DNA of 64,000 nt from Spirochaetaceae bacterium (GTDB taxonomy: Bacteria > Spirochaetota > Spirochaetia > DSM-2461): positions 2,848,001 to 2,912,000 of the forward strand of contig OZ245056.1 in assembly GCA_965224705.1 (NCBI GenBank). Direction: 5' to 3'. Below the pieces are notes generated by a model. That model searched no databases, was not told the DNA's origin, and saw nothing but the letters and a program-made list of their open reading frames with translations. The position numbers and the translations under genes were made by a program. This document shows positions 62,911 to 64,000 of this stretch, one piece after another; within the stretch, counting starts at the first letter, position 1, and each line of letters begins with the position of its first letter.

Positions 62911-63720
62911 TGAGCCTCTTCAAAAACTCATCAAATTGAATTATTTTGTAATCCGCATTTGAAATCACGATGAAAAAATGGCCACATCCGCTACACTGTT
63001 TTCAACATAAAGAAGACCGGGGGACCATGAAGACCGTACCAGAAATCATAGGCGGAGCGCAAACCCTGCTGCCGCTTGACTACGAAATACAGGATTGTTT
63101 TCCCGAACTGCTGAGTTGCGAACACCGCTCTTTTCTCCATCATCTTCGGGTTAGAGAACATTTGCCACAGGGGTTCTTTATCCACAGGCAAAAGACGGGC
63201 CGTCCCTATGGAGGAGATAGGAAATACTTCCGTGCATTTTTAGCTAAAGCGTTTTTAGGTTTGGAATCGACCAAGAAACTCATCGGCCGCCTTCGTGCAG
63301 ATGTGAACCTGCGTTATCTCTGCGGTTTCGTGGGTAAGAGTGGTTTGAGCGAAGCGACGTTCAGTACTCGTTTTGCTCTGTTGGCAAAATCGGAACTGCT
63401 CCAAAAGGAGGCGGCCTGGGGTGGGAAGAAGAACTCATCGGGAAATACTTACTATTTGGAAGGGAGGTAAGCTGCATCTTGATCCTGCGAAGAAGGAGCG
63501 TTACAAAATACGTTCCTCGGTGGAGGAAGCGGCATAGATGGAATGGGCCAAGATTCCTGTTTTTGGGGAGACGTATGTCCGAAACATAGAGAAATGGTTT
63601 TTTTATGTAAAAAACTTGGCAAAAGCTCCATTTTCAATGAGAATTTGGTCGAGGTAGCATCAGGGGCAGCGACATTACTTCTCTAGCTGATACCTTGTAG
63701 AGAGTTTTTGAATTAGCTCA
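62911..63720 (+). mobile_element. internally deleted IS5/IS1182-like element
   Basis: Imperfect TIR TGAGCCTCTTCAAAAACTC / TGAGCTAATTCAAAAACTC; transposase pieces RAFLAK..L..LCGF..SEATFS, KKNSSG..WKG.KLHLD, RYKIRSSVE. Confidence 0.75.
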
Positions 63721-63730
63721 TTAGGTGTTT

Positions 63731-64000
63731 TTATTCACCATGAATATAGCCAATTATTCTTCCATCTGATTTTGATATCTTAATATGTGGTACTCCACCA
63801 CCCCAATAGCCACTTTCTATAGTATGTGGGAATGTCCCTTTGATATACCAGACAGTTCCATTATCTGTCAACGCTGCAATAAATGGCCTTTTCTTCAGAA
63901 CTTCCTCTCCATAGACATTGACCAGTATTGCCTCTGCTATTTTGATTGCGACTTCTTCATTTGGGACGAAACCTTCTTTTTTCCATATAACTAGTCTAGC
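63731..64000 (-). CDS. NTF2-fold immunity protein (YbbC/YhhH, Imm-NTF2-2-like), starts beyond the right edge
   Basis: Not in the ORF track; hand translation ...GFVPNEEVAIKIAEAILVNVYGEEV..RPF.A.L...VWYIKGT...GGGVPHIKISKSDGRII..IHGE*. Confidence 0.8.
   Translation of the reverse strand, partial: ARLVIWKKEGFVPNEEVAIKIAEAILVNVYGEEVLKKRPFIAALTDNGTVWYIKGTFPHTIESGYWGGGVPHIKISKSDGRIIGYIHGE

Noticed and set aside
31225..64000. CRISPR array, prophage, retron or DGR reverse transcriptase
   Set aside because: No regularly spaced repeats, no phage structural genes, no RT motifs and no second copy of the variable region found by eye.

Overview
Chromosomal window from what looks like a free-living spirochaete (inferred from a TP0733-like OMP, a pallilysin-like lipoprotein and the gap-pgk-tpiA-secG context). 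1-31.2 kb is core genome: cobalamin genes (cbiD partial, cbiC, cbiA), an ABC transporter, rpiB, a purine salvage/interconversion operon (purB-guaB-purA-guaA-deoD), folD, envelope genes, htrA, map, nusB, a SurA-like PPIase, secG-tpiA-pgk-gap and a tRNA(CAT). 31.3-64 kb is an accessory region. It holds: (i) a tightly coupled three-gene operon (TerB-like, glycine-zipper/coiled-coil protein, putative nuclease plus glycine-zipper protein), a candidate membrane-acting defence or toxin system; (ii) a K+ channel-RCK-hemerythrin fusion; (iii) about 27 kb of decayed Rhs toxin/immunity modules riddled with IS1380, IS1634, IS3, IS5-like and rve-integrase remnants, with toxin tips that include an apparently circularly permuted M23 peptidase, a second M23, a pseudogenised Ntox44 and a hydrophobic tip; (iv) a secreted caspase-PEGA-FGE(CLec) gene whose 3' end has the signature of a diversity-generating-retroelement variable region, with no RT or TR in the window. 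All calls come from reading motifs by eye; no searches were run.
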